A stretch of 64,000 nucleotides of DNA from Eledone cirrhosa (GCA_964016885.1 OZ024741.1:225122001-225186000); one strand, 5' to 3'. Shown: positions 24,949 through 39,511, counted from the first letter of the stretch. Program-made: numbers and translations. Notes: generated from the sequence alone by a model not told the origin.

Positions 24949-27900
24949 TTGCCTGTAAGCTATCGCCGGTAAGCTATTTTGTAAATTTCTATGCAAAAAA
25001 CAGAACAAATTGTTTGAAAAAACATATCATTTTGTAGATTAACCCCCCAAGCTGAATTGTCAGCTGAGTGGTAATCTCAGTTTTCGCCCCTTTAGGGGCG
25101 ACCATTTAATTTAAAAATTGTTTTAAAAAATCAAATTTTGCCAACTATAAAACATGAATAACTCGGAAAGAATGCTGGAGAACGTCGACAGAGAGAAGAG
25201 AGGTAGCGAGGCAGATATTAACGTTATATCTGCTTCTGCTACTATGGACGTCGCCATGGATAGGATTGTCAACAAAGAGAAAAAGATACCACTTGAAGAT
25301 TTTCAAATTTCTACCGTCGAAACGGAGAAAAATAACACATAGAAATACACAGGAATTAAACCTATTAACATATACACACAGGAAAAAGACAACAACTTCA
25401 CAGATACATCTACACATAAAGTTTCACCTCGTCAAGAAATTTCGATTTCCAACACCGAGGCTAACAACGATAATAACAACAACGGCAACAACAACAACAA
25501 CAACAGCAACAAAGAAAAATGTCATTCGCTGAAACAGCGAACAAAAAACAAGATTTTATAAATCTTGACATCTCCAATGCAAGAGATATGCTCCAGCAAG
25601 GGAGAAAATTTGTAACTTTCGAAGACAAGGGTGGGTTTAGAATCAACTCAACCCGCGAAATAAAAGAAGAGACAGTTCGAAGGACAGTGACCTTCAGGAC
25701 TGTCTCCAACACAACGAGAAAGCCAATATTTGTGAGTCAAGCAGACATAGAAGCCACATCGAAGGAGACGCTAGCAAATATTGACTTTCTCCAACGAGGA
25801 AAATAGTACGGAAGTGTTTCCGTACTGTTTAAAAGCGAGGCACTCGTCCCAAAACATTCTGTGACACCAATGGTGTCAAAAGCATTCACCTTTTTCCCCT
25901 ACGTACATGGGAAAAAGGACACAAAAAATAAAAATAAAAAATATACCACCAAACATTAATATCTGGTGGATCTTGGCTGGCTTCGTAGAGCTAGAGACTG
26001 ATATGATTCTTTCGATACGAAAGTATATTAGACAAAGGTGGGCGGGTACTGATTTGGAGATTCTGATGCAACTGAAGCCGGAGAGAATCTCTAAAATACC
26101 CGAAAAGGTCGCCATCGAAGAGAACAAAAAAATAAACATTTCTGTAGAAGGGAGTAAATTTCATTGCTTTCGCTGTGGTAACACACCACACCTAAAGGTC
26201 CTGCCCTTTACAAACACGATCAACCAAAACAATTCAAAAGAAAGCACTGTTACCAACACCAACACCAAAACAACAACCACCACCACAACAACAACTCACG
26301 AAAACATCAAAAACAAACAGCCACTCAACCAACAACAACAGGAAAACAGACAATACCCCTGAAAACACAGCCTCACCCATCCCACTCCATCAAACACTAC
26401 CACAAACACAGACACCGAAACACTACCCCACACTCCTGATGAGATTAGGCTGCTTCCCCTTCTTTAAGTGAAGAAGAAGGAGAGTCTCGGAAATCTAAAA
26501 AAAAACAAAAAAAGAGACACCACAAAACCCCCAAAACTCCAATCACCAACACACAACCACAGACACAAACAACACCACAGTCAAACATCCCCCTACCAGC
26601 AAAACCAACACCAACACAACCCCAAACACAAGTACCCACTATAAAAAGAAAACTCCTGGACGAACAACAAACTAAAACAACACAACAAAAACACAACCAA
26701 CAATACGCATACATCAACACAAACAACAAGAGTTTGATGGAGGTCATCTCCCAAAACCACAAAGTGGAGACGGGGGGAAAAACTTTCGCCAAAGCAGAAT
26801 CGTCTCCACACCTTAAACTTATAAGGGTCTCTATGGAAACCTACAGTGACCTGAAAAATAAATTTTCGCAGGACGTGGGCAACCCCTGCCAGAAACCCAT
26901 CAACCGCGTCCTGTTAAAATGTTTCCCCACCCCACCCAACACCTCTCCAACACCCAAATGGAGGTTGAACAACCCGATCTCCAGGAAACGAAAAGGTAAG
27001 TGCACCTTTTCATCGTTTTTCTCCAACTCTTCTTCACCAACATGGCTAGTTTACGAGTTGGAAGCGTGAATGTGCGTGGCCTAGGGATGCCCTGGAAACA
27101 GGGCCAACTTTTAAACGAACTTAGGTCACACGGTATAGATGTGATAGCCATCACCGAGTCCAGGATCCACAACAGGCAGCAACAAACCCCATCTTCGACA
27201 ACTTTGAGATCTACGCATCTCTCTGTCAGTCAGGAGCTGGAGGGGGAGTGGCTGTCATGTTTCGGAAGAACCTGGACGTCGAAGTACAGCAAGTACACTT
27301 GGACCCGGAGGATAGACTGGTAGTCCTAGACGTGAACAGTATTGGAGGTGGAGCTTTCCGACTGGTGGCCGTTTATGCCCCGACCGGGAAATCGCAATCA
27401 CTGCCAGACTTCTATAAGTGTCTAGAGTCTTTTCTGGGAACATCTCACTTCTTACTTTTAGTGGGGGACTGAAAGGGTATCCTAGATGCACGATGGGACT
27501 ATGTGGGAACATGTCCCAGTAGAGGGGGGTGCAACCGCCTCAAAACTTTAATCGGCCAATTCCAACTGGCCGATAGGTATCGACTTGATTTCCCGACTGC
27601 ACCACAGTGGACGTGGGCAAACCGCAGCGGGACATCTAGATCGTATTTAGATAGGTTCTTCATTAGATAAAGGGACAAGGAGATGTTAAGCTGTCCACGA
27701 ATGCACATGGTTGCCTACTCAGATCACAAATTAGTCGTCTGCTTAGTCAACCGTGACAATACATAGACAAGGACCCGGATACTGGAAGCTGAACGTGTCG
27801 TTGCCAGCACGTAAAGCTTACAGTGAACGGATAAGTAGACTAGTCAAGCAACAGTTAACGGGACACATCGTCAACTATAGATGGTGGTACTCTCTCAAGA

Positions 27901-30780
27901 AAGCAATTAGAGTAGAATCGATAGAGTTTAGCAGAGAGTTAGCCTTAGAGAAAAACAAAATAGAAAGAGAACTAGTAGCCAAGGTAGAGGAGGCACTTAG
28001 AAGTGGCAACGCGGCTAGAGTGTTAGCGTCGAGAACGGCACTAGACCAGTTTTTTGACGCGAAACACGAAGGCTGCGTGGTCAGAAACAAAACATGTGCT
28101 CTAGGAAACGAAGGAGCGAAAGCTGTCAGCTATGCCCGAGTGGCGGAGACAAAAAGTGGCAACAAGTCCACGATTCGGTCTTTGAAAGACCAAGACGGAC
28201 GCGTGATACGTGAGCCGAAGCAGATGTGCGCAGCCTTTCAGCGGCACTTTGCTCAACTGTTCGGGCAGTGCGGCGCGCCGGGAGGAGATATGCGCGGCCT
28301 TTCAGCAGCACTTTGCGCGACTGTTTGAGCAGAATGACGGTGAGCCGAACGGGGCAATGAACTTTAGCTCATACCTCGACGGCTTGCCGCGTCTCTCGAA
28401 CACGGACGCCGAATTCTGCGAAAGACTGATCACGGACACTGAGAAACGCGACGCTCTGAGCCGCTGCGGGAAACGCAATTCACCCAGTCTAGATGGTCTA
28501 CCCTATGAGTTTTACATAGGCATGCCGGACTTGTTCTCTGGCGTCCTCGAGGCCGTCTACTGCAATTGGCAGCAGAACGGGAGAATTTCCAGTTCTGCAG
28601 GCAAGGGCGTAATAACGCTGATCAGGAAAGACGAGAACAAGGGGGACGAAATTAACAACTTCAGGCCCATAACTCTGCTCAACACAGAGTTAAAGATTTT
28701 GGCCAAGGTGCTAGCGATGAGGTTGGCGCTTGTAGTCGAGAACCTGGTAGGGAAAGCGCAAACGTGTGCAATCCCGACCAGGTCCATACACGACAACCTC
28801 AACTTCATGCGATACATCATAGAGAGGGTAGGTGTAAACCCGGCTTCGGTGGGGCTCTGATCAACTTGGATCAGTCTAAGGCATTCGATAGGGTCGACCA
28901 TCGATACTTGGAAGCAGTTCTCAAGGCGGCCGGTTTCGGTCCCGTTTTCAGAGGCTGGATATAGGCGATGCACACCAGCATCTGCTCGTGGGTCAAGGTG
29001 GATGGCTACCTATTGGAGCCGTTCGCAATCACGCTTTCCATTCGATAGGGATGCCCTTTCTCCTTCATTCTGTATGTATTGACTCTAGAGTCACTACTGC
29101 AGAATTGGAGCTGATGCATGGCATCCCTTTAGAACCGGGACTACGCAAAGCGGCGTCGGCTTATGCCGACGACGTGACGGTAATGGTGTCGAGCACCTCG
29201 TAAATCGGGGTGATCGGCAACTTACTGAAAGGATACGAAACGCTGACGGGAGGAAAACTAAACCCGGACAAGTCTGTCGGTTTGCAGCTCGGTACGAGGA
29301 GAGGAAAACCGATGACGTCCGACGGAGTTGTTGGACGCTGGACGGACGGACCGGTGAAATTGCTCGGGGTCTGGTTCGGTCCAGACCTCCAGTTGGAGAA
29401 AAACTGGAACAAGGTGACGGCCAAGGTGTTTGCGCTCGCCCAGACGTGGGCAGAGTGCAAACTGTCCTTGAAAGGTCGAGTGGAGGTGGCGAACACTTTC
29501 ATAGCGTCCTGTCATCTACTACCGCTTGTCTGTCGTGCCTTGTCCCCGTGAACACCTCGCCAAGATAGAACGCATGCTCTTCCAGTTTCTGTGGAAGAAG
29601 CAGGCTCCGCTGGTGAGGAGATCCGTCTGCTGTCAGCACCCTTCCAACGGAGGGCTGGGAATGCTGTGGCTGATGATGTGCAAACATGCGCTGAGGCTGC
29701 GACATCTCCAGGTATTCCTCACCGACCCCCAACCGGTGTGAGGACCGTTTGTGACACGGGCTTTCCCACAGCCCGTCTCGCTGACGGAGCTGCAGTCCTG
29801 GGTCAAGAAAAGACCGAAAACGATGGGCGCCTGGCACATTGAATGCGCTCAGGCGCTCACAGTCCTCTGGCAAGCGGGCACAGCAATCAGTGGAGACTCC
29901 ACTTCGACATTCTATAGAAGGATTGTACGTTACAAGGGCTACGACGTGCTCGGAGAGACTCTGGGCGTCGAAGACGTTGAGCTCACCAGTCTGTTTGGTA
30001 GGACTTTCCGCCCGGGACCTATGGACAACTTCCAGAGGTCCCTGACCTGGCAGTGCTACCGAGGAGCTTTACCGGTTCGTGACAAGATCTACAAGCACGG
30101 ACGCCCCGACAGGGATCCTTCCAAGAGGACGTGTCGAAGATGCGCACAGGACATTGAAACAGTCCTGCACACAATTGTACACTGCCCGGGCGTAACCGAC
30201 CTGTGGAACTATGCAGAACAACTGCTGTCGCGTATGGGACAAATCCAGTTGACTGCCGAGTCCATTGTAAGGATCAAACCGCCTGCCTCTTTCAAAAACG
30301 AGAGAGAGGCGGTTTTCCTCTGTACAGTGGCTATGGTGAAAGAGGCTATATGGTGGACGAGATTGAGAATACTGAGGACAGATGCCTTTCTCTCCGGACA
30401 ACCATTGATTCCCTTCTTTAAGTATCACTTTAGAAGGAGAATCAGAGTGGAGAGAGAGGCACTGCACCCAGTAAATTTACTGAAAGGTGGGTGAATGAAG
30501 CGAAAATGGCCCGAACGATTGGGCCTTCTCTGTTTATAAACCTGTAGATTAAAGAAGAGAGCACAAGGAAGAAAGGAGGACTTGCACAAGACGCTCCTGG
30601 AGTTGAGGGTTGTTCTATCGACAGGGTATTAAACAACCCATTTGTGGGGCTTCCCCCCTATTGGGGATTTCGATTGTTGTAATTGTTTGTTTTATATTTT
30701 TTTATACGACTGTATGTAAAATCCCCGGCATGTCTTTGTATTGTCCCCTTTTCTTGTGCACCCTTGTGGCAAATAAAGAA
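24949..30780 (+). mobile_element. Tx1 copy 3, near full length, multiply frameshifted
   Basis: ORF1 ~25154-26999 and ORF2 ~27042-30547 with APE, RT (DQSKAFDRVDH, YADD) and CCHC. (ATCT)n at 24851-24948 and 30781-30863. Confidence 0.92.
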
Positions 30781-30863
<83 letters not shown>

Positions 30864-31080
30864 AGACGTGTGTAACTTCGCGGAGAAGTTTCCGTTAATA
30901 TATGTAAGAAAAAAACGTGAGTCTTTAGTTAAATTTTATATCATTGTGTAACTTGACCACCCGTCTGGACCTTCAGGTGGTGGGTCAACTCATTTTCGCC
31001 CCTACAGGGGCGGAATATCCATTTAAAAAATTTTTCTCCATCGAATCTTGGAAAAAATATTGTAAAATTTTGATTACGTT

Positions 31081-32996
31081 ATGAACGCTGCGTCCAACGA
31101 TAATGGTGGTGGAGAGGCGGTAAGACTACAAAGCTCGCAGTCAACAACGTCTTCTTCACTAGATACTATAGAGATGGAAAGACAAAATGAAAATAAAAAA
31201 ACGAATTCATATCCAAACAACACAAATGACACCAAACAGTTCAATGACAACAAAAATAACAGCAAAACCAATAATGATGATTAAAGCAACAATGATAACA
31301 ACAACAAAGAAAAAAATAAAGACAACGCCAATAACACCAGCATCAAAGACAACAACAACACCAAGGAAAATACGGATGATACCAACATCGGTGACAACAA
31401 GAATAACAACAAGAATAACAACAATAATGACAACACCACCAATACGGATTCCACAAAGAAACCAAAAATCTCCTTTGCAGAGAAAGTTCAAAAGAAAGAC
31501 GAATTGATATATCTCGACATAACAAATGCTGAACAACTTTTAAAGGACGCTAAGAGATATGTCACTTTCGAAAAAAATGGTGCTTTCAGCATCAATTCTC
31601 CGGTAGAAATTCGCAAGGAAACTGCTCTCAAAACGATAGTTTTTAGGACAGTTTCCAATTCTACCCGAAAACCACTCCAATTGTCACAGAAAGAAATTGA
31701 AATGGTTTTCAAAAATTCAATGAATGATATTGCATTCATTCAAAGAAGCAAACTTTTTGGGAGTATTTCGGTACTCATGAAGGATCAATTGACGGCTCAA
31801 AATTACTCTGTGTCGCCAATTGTATCCAACCTGTACACCTTTTTCCCTACATACATGGGAAAAAGGACACAAAAGATCAGAATCACGAGTGTCACACCAA
31901 AGGTGAACATATGGTGGATACTGTGCGGCTTCATCAATTTTGATGAAGACAGAATACTGTCAGTAGGAAAGTCCCCCAGAGATGTATTCAATGGGACTAG
32001 CATTGAAGTTCTGGTGCAAATGAGCCCAGAGCGAATAGCTATGATCCCACAGCGTGTACTCCTGGACGGACTCACCTACATAAACTTTTCGGTTGAGGGT
32101 AGGCGGCCTTCATGTTACCATTGCTTTAGCAGGGGTCACCCGAGGGCTTCCTGTCCTAAACTAATGAACCAAAAAAGGCTCTTCTGCCGACACCCATCAA
32201 AACAACACAACCACCAACACCACCACAACAACAACAACACCAACACACAAAAATAACCACAACAAACACAGTCCCACCCAACCCCACTCCACCTAAAACC
32301 ACTGCAAAATCACATACAGACACAACAGCTCCCCAAGACATACCCCTCCCCAATCACACAGACGATACAACAGATGAGGCTACCTCGCCATCACCCAGTG
32401 AAGACGAGGGAGAACCCCATCGCTCGAAAAGAAAGAAAAGACATCACAAAAGCAAAAAACCAGCAAACACTACCACAAACATACAACTACCAACACAAAC
32501 ATCAAAAATATCACAAACAAAACCCCCACCTCCTGAAAACAAAATACCTACAACAAAACGAAAGCACACACAAGAACTACAGACAAAAACAAACACAACA
32601 CAAGAAAATTACACTTACACTTACATAAACACTGAAAACAAAACACTAATGGAGACCATCACGAACGACCCTTCGGTTTTCACCGAAGGGAAAACTTTCG
32701 CCCACTCTATTAAAAATAGCAAAAAACTGAACCTAAAACTGATTAGGCTCCCTATACAAACTTATAGGTCCCTAAAAGAAACATTTGAGAAGGATGTGGG
32801 TAATTCCTGCGTGAAACCACTCAACTGCGTCCTTCTCAAATGTCTCCCCACCCCAGACACCCCCATCCCACCAGACCCCACCCCACCAAACATCTTCATC
32901 CCCACCCCGCCGGAAACCACCACCCATCCAGACAACCCATCCAACACCCCCATGGAAATTGTGCGGCCTGGTCCCCAGAAGGCGAAGGGTGAGTGA
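31081..32996 (+). pseudogene. Tx1 ORF1 (gag-like nucleic-acid-binding protein with zinc knuckle)
   Basis: Asn/Thr-rich N-terminus, conserved middle domain, CYHCFSRGHPRASC knuckle. Contains stops and frameshifts. Confidence 0.8.
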
Positions 32997-33029
32997 TCTC
33001 TTTTCCTCTTTTAACTTTTCAGCACCAAC

Positions 33030-36000
33030 ATGGCCAATACAAGAGTTGGATGTGTGAACGTACGCGGCCTGGGGATGCCCTGGAAACAGGGCAAACCCTT
33101 AAACGACCTCAGGTCGCACAGTATGGATGTGGTAGCCATTTGCGAGTCCAGGATCCACGGCGAGCGACAGCTGGCCCCCATCTTCGAGGACTTTGAGATC
33201 TACGCATCTCTCTGTCAACCGGGGGGTGGGGGCGGAGTTGCCGTTTTGCTGCGGAAACACCTGGGCCTCGTAACACAGACGGTACATCTGGACCCGGAGG
33301 GTCGACTGGTGGTCCTAGACGTTAACGGTAGTGAAGGTGGAGCCTTCAGGCTGGTGGCCGCATATGCCCCATCCGGGACACCGCGGCCAGACTTCTTCAA
33401 ACGTCTAGAGACTTTTTTGGGAACCTCCCGCTCCTTGCTTTTAGTGGGGGACTGGAATGGAATCCTAGATGCCCGTCGGGACTATGTGGGAGCTTATCCT
33501 GATAACGGGGGGTGTAACAGCCTCAAACAGTTAATCGACCGATTTGACCTGGTCGATAGATATCGACTAGATTTTCCGACTGCGCCACTGTGGACGTGGA
33601 GTAATCGTAGCGGAACATCTAGATCGTACCTAGACAGGGTTCTAGTTAGAAATAAGGATAGGGACATGTTAAGCTGTCCACAAATGTTCATGGTTGCCTA
33701 TTCAGATCACAAACTAGTGACCTGCATGGCCAACCTTGATAGAACCCATAGACAAGGACCCGGCTACTGGAAGCTGAACTTGTCGTTACCGACAAGCAAA
33801 GCCTACAGTAGACGGATTAGCACTTTAGTTAAACAGCACTTGACAGGAGCCATTGTCAACAACAGATGGTGGTACTCTCTCAAGAGGGCTGTTAGATTAG
33901 ACTCGATAGTTTTTAGTAAAGAATTAGCGTTAGATGGAAATAGAACCGAGAAGGAACTGGTAGATAAAGTAGAAGTGGCAATTAGAAGTGGCAACGTAGC
34001 CAGCGTGCTAGCAACGAGAACGGCCTTGGACCAGTTCTTCGACGCAAATCACGAGGGCTGCGTTGTCAGAAGCAAAATACGTGCTCTGGGAAACGAGGGA
34101 GCCAAAGCTGTTAGCTGGGCCCGAGTGACGTAGGCAAAAAGTGGCAACAAGTCTACGATTCGGTCTTTGAAGGACCAAGACGGACGCGTGATACGTGAGC
34201 CGAAGCAGATGTGCGCGGCTTTTCAGCGGCACTTTGCTCGGCTGTTCGGGAGGAGCGGCGCGCCGGGAGAGGCTATGGATTTCGGTCCATACCTCGACGG
34301 CCTACCGCGACTCTCGGACAGTGAGGCAAAGTTCTGCGAAAAGCCGATTTCAGCCACTGAGATAGGGGACGCGCTGAGCCAATGCGGCAAACGCAAATCT
34401 CCAGGTCTCGACGGTCTACCCTACGAATTTTACGTAGCAATGCCGGACTTATTCTCCGGTCTCCTGGAAGCGGTCTACTGCAACTGGCAACAGAACGGGA
34501 GAATTCCCAGTTCTGTAACCGGGGGCGTGGTCACACTAATCAGGAAGGACGAGAATAAGGGGGATGACATAGGCAACTTCCGGCCCATAACTCTGCTAAA
34601 CACAGAGGTACAGATTTTGGCCAAGGTGTTGGCAAAGAGGCTGGCGCTTGTTGTCGAGAACCTGGTGGGAGAAGCGCAGACATGCGCAATCCCGACCAGG
34701 TCCATACACGACAACCTCCAGCTCATGCGATACATCATAGAGAGGGTAGGTGTAAACCCGGCTTCGGTGGGGCCCTGATCAACTTGGATCAGTCTAAGGC
34801 TTTCGATAGGGTTGACCATCGTTACCTGGATGCGGTGCTCGAGGCGGCAGGCTTCGGACCCGTGTTCAGGGGCTGGATTGCTGCAATGCACAACAGCAAC
34901 ATCTGCTCAAGGGTCAAAGTGAACGGCTACCTCTCGGAGCCGTTCCATATTACGCGATCCATTCGACAGGGATGCCCTCTCTCCTCCCTTCTGTACGTAC
35001 TGACTCTCGAGCCACTACTGCGGAAGCTGGAGCTATTGCAGGGCATCCCTCTGGAACCGGGACTGCGGAAAGCGGTGTCGGCCTACGCCGACGACGTGAC
35101 AGTAATGGTGTCGAGCGCCTCGCAAATCGATGAAGTCGGCACCTTACTAAAGGAATACGAAAGTCTCACAGGAGCGAAGCTGAACCGGGACAAGTCCATC
35201 GGTTTGCAACTCGGATCGTGGAGAGGCAGACCGGTGCCTTCCGATGGCGTCGTCGGACGCTGGACGGAAGGACCGGTAAAGCTGCTCGGGGTCTGGTTTG
35301 GTCCGGACCTCCAGGTGGAGAAGAACTGGAACGAAGTGACGGTCAAGGTGTTTGCACTCACCCAGAAGTGGGCCGAGTGCAAACTATCCTTGAAAGGTCG
35401 AGCGGAGGTGGCGAACACTTTTATAGCGTCCGCCATCTACTAACGCTTGACCATCGTGCCTTGTCCAGCCAAAACGCTCGCCAAAATGGAGCGCGCGCTC
35501 TTCCGATTCCTTTGGAAGAGGCGGGCTCCTTTGGTGAGAAGATCCATCTGCTGCCAACACCCTTCTAAAGGAGGGCTGGGGATGCCGTGGTTGACGATGC
35601 GCAAACACGCGCTCAGGCTGCGGCATCTCTACGTATTCCTCACCGGACAACCGGTGTGGGCCCCGTTCGTGAGGCGAGCCTTCCCACGACTCGTCTCGCT
35701 GACCGAGCTGCAGTCCTGGGTCAAGCAGAGACCGAGGAAAATGGGCGACTGGCACATCGAATGTGCTCAGGCGCTCACAGCCCTCTGGCAGGCGGACCCG
35801 GCGATCAGTGGAGACTCCACTTCGTCATTCTATAGAGGGTTGGTCCGCAGCAAGTGCGACGACGCGCTCGGTGAAACTCTAGGCGTAGAGGTAGATGAAC
35901 TGGCCAGTCTGTTCGGTAGGACCTTCCGCCCGGGACCGATGGACAACTTCCAAAAGTCCCTGGCCTGGCAGTGCTACCGAGGAGCTCTACCAGTTCGAGA

Positions 36001-36465
36001 AATCTCTACAGACATGGGCGCCCGGGCAGGGACCCTGCAAAAAAGATCTGTCCGAGGTGCTTGCGAGACGAAGAAACCGTCGCGCACGCATTCATACACT
36101 GCTCGGGCGTCACTGACCTGTGAGGCTATGTAGAACGACTATTGTCGCGGGTGGGACCAATCCAGTTGAGCACCGAGTCCATTGTCATGATCAAACCGCC
36201 ACCCTCCTTCAAAAACGAAGGAGAGGCGGTTTTCCTTTGTGTGATAGCTATGGCGAAAGAGGTTGTATGGTGGACGAAGTTAAAAGAGCTGAGGTTAGAC
36301 ACCTTTCTCTCCGGCCAACAACTGATTCGTTTTTTCAAATACCACTTTGGAATAAGAATCAGGATGGAGAGAGAGGTGCTGCACCCCAGCAAGTTTTATG
36401 AAAGGTGGGTGAAAGTGGCGAGAATGGCCCGAGTGAATGGGCCTTCTCTCTATATCAGCCTGTAG
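33030..36465 (+). pseudogene. Tx1 ORF2 (APE endonuclease + reverse transcriptase + CCHC)
   Basis: NVRG, GDWN, SDH, GPGYWKLN (Tx1/L1-type), SPGLDGL, FRPITLLN, RQGCPLS, YADD. Stops at 34133 and 35443; frame breaks at ~34755 and ~36000. Confidence 0.92.
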
Positions 36466-37503
36466 GTTGAGGAAAAGGAGGAGGAGAGGAAAGGAGTACA
36501 AGCTCTTCGTACTCCTGGAGATGAGGGTTTCACATTTTTTTTCGGGGGTATGTGTTACCCATATAAACTGTCTCCCTCTATTGGGGAAAATCGACTAACT
36601 TTTAAATTCCATCTGTGATAACATAGGACTGTGATAACTTAGGACTGGCACCGTAGCCAGCGTGCTAGCGACGAGAACAGCCTTGGACCAGTTCTTCGAC
36701 GCAAAGCACGAAGGCTGCGTTGTCAGGAGCAAAATACGTGCTCTGGGAAACGAGGGAGCCAAAGCTGTTAGCTGGGCCCGAGTGACGTAGGCAAAAAGTG
36801 GCAACAAGTCTACGATTCGGTCTTTGAAGGACCAAGACGGACGCGTGATACGTGAGCCGAAGCAGATGTGCGCGGCCTTTCAGCGGCACTTTGTCAACTG
36901 TTCGGGCAGTGCGGCGCGCCGGGAGGGGATATGGATTTCTGTCCATACCTTGACGGCCTGCCGCGACTCTCGGACGGCGAGGCGAAGTTCTGCGAAAGGC
37001 CGATTTCGGCCGCTGAGATAGGGGACGCGCTGAGCCAATGCGGCAAACGCAAATCTTTAGGTCTCGACGGTCTACCCTACGAATTTTACGTAGCAATGCC
37101 GGACTTGTTCTCTGTTCTCCCGGAAGTGGTCTACTGCCACTGGCAGAACGGAGACTTCCCAGTTCTGTGACCAAGAGCGTAGTCACGTTAGTCAGGAAGG
37201 ACGAGAATAAGGGGGATGACATAAGCAACTTCCGGCCCATAACTCTGCTAAACAAGAATTACAGATTTCGGCCAAGGTGTTGGCAAAGAGGCTGGCGCTT
37301 ATCATCGGAAACCTGGTGGGAGAAGCGCAGGCATGCCCAATCTCGACCGAGTCCATGCACGATAACCTCTACCTCATGCGATACATCATTTTATTAATAG
37401 TTTTATTTTCATATACCTGTATGTAAACTCCCCATTTGTATTTGTCCCCCTCTATTGTGCCGTTGTGGCTAATAAAGAAATTTATCTATCTATTTACCTA
37501 CCT

Positions 37504-37600
<97 letters not shown>

Positions 37601-37945
37601 GGTACTCTATCTCCCTCGCGATCAATCTATCGATAGATCGATCTATAGTGATGCATAACTGCTATCGATCAGTCAAAATAATGATAAACGTTTTGTATGT
37701 TTTCCCCTCTGAAACGATCATAAAACAATAGATTAATTAACTACTAAAACATTATCTTAGCCGTGTCATTGTTCAGCAATATATATCTGATTCTATAGTT
37801 CTTGAATACTCACCATGTAATCTAATTGAATCGGATTCGAGTTATAAATTACAATTCCTTTACACAAATGCAAGTAGCATTGAGTCTCTCAATGTGAAAT
37901 ACGTTAAAATAAATCTGTTAAAATAAAATTTCACACTCTCATTTA

Positions 37946-38012
<67 letters not shown>

Positions 38013-38031
38013 ATATCTATCTATCTATCTG

Positions 38032-38121
<90 letters not shown>

Positions 38122-38151
38122 CAACTATCGAAACATATATAACTATCTATC

Positions 38152-39469
38152 TTGTCTGAGATAGAGAAAGTTGTTTGCCAGTCACGCAGGTAAGTTTTTG
38201 TCTTTTTATTTATAAAAAAAAAAAATTATTGTTTTAAAAAATATACCACTGTATAGATTGACCCTCCGACTAAATTGTCAGTGGGTGGGTCATTAAAATG
38301 TTCGCCCCCCAGGGGCGAAATTTAATTTTCATAAAAATTTATAACAAATTGTTTTAACTATGAATGATAAAATCGAAGCGCTTCCCGCCATAAGTGGAAA
38401 TGGGAGCGTTGAAATGAATTCACTATGGCAACAGGTAGTGACCGAGATAAATCACACCAAAACAAAAGTATGGAAACTCATACAGCACAAAACATATTGA
38501 ACAATAAAAAAACACAACTTCACAAATGAACTCCACAACCACAAATCAAACAATTGAGAACAACAAAAACAACAACAACGACAACAATGACAACAACAAC
38601 AACAGCAAGAATGATAACAACAACACCAACAGCAGCAACAGTAATGACAACAACACCAAGAAGAACAACTCCACAAACAAGGAAAAAAAGGTTTCGTTCG
38701 CACAAACTGTCCAAAAGACAAAACTATATATACAGATTGACATCTCTAATGCCGGAGAATTGCTAAGAGATGCCAAGCAATATATAACTTTTGGGGAGAA
38801 TGGCGCTTTTAGCATCACTTCTCCCCAAGAATTGTGTAGAGAAACTGTCCTGAAACTGTCCTGAAAACTATAGTTTTCAGGACAATTTCAAACACCACTA
38901 GAAACCAGCTCAATTAACTCAAAACGAAATTGAGCTGGTTCTAAGAAACTCCATGAAGGACATTATCTTCATACAGAAGAGAAAACTCTTCGGGAGTTTA
39001 TCAATAATAATGAAAGACCAATTGACGGCACATAAATATTCTGTGACGCCAATTGTGTCCCCCCCCCCCTCTACACATTTTCCCCCACATATATGGGAAA
39101 AAGAACCCCCAAAATAAGGGTAACAAGTATCACACCAAATGTAAATATCTGGTGGATATTGAATGGCTTCATCAACTTTGATGAAGACAATAATTTCGGT
39201 AGGAAAGTCCTCCAGGAGTATATTTAACGGAACTAGCTTAGAAGTTCTGGTCCAAATGAGGCCAGAATGAATAGGTAGAATCCCATAACGTGTGCCTCTG
39301 GATGGAGTTTCCTACATAAACATTTCTGTTGAGGGTAGGCGGCCTTCATGTTACCACTGTTTAAGCAGGGGTCACCTGATGGATTCCTGTCCTCAATTAT
39401 CTGCATTTAAAAAAAGGCACTACTGCCGACACCCAACACAACAACACAACCACCACCACCACCACCACC

Positions 39470-39511
<42 letters not shown>

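Larger units (their letters stand above)
30864..37480 (+). mobile_element. Tx1 copy 4, the most intact, with a partial ORF2 duplicate inserted in its 3' UTR
   Basis: ORF1 ~31081-32996, ORF2 33030-36465, extra ORF2 piece ~36645-37389, and 3' end AATAAAGAAA at 37471-37480. Confidence 0.92.
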
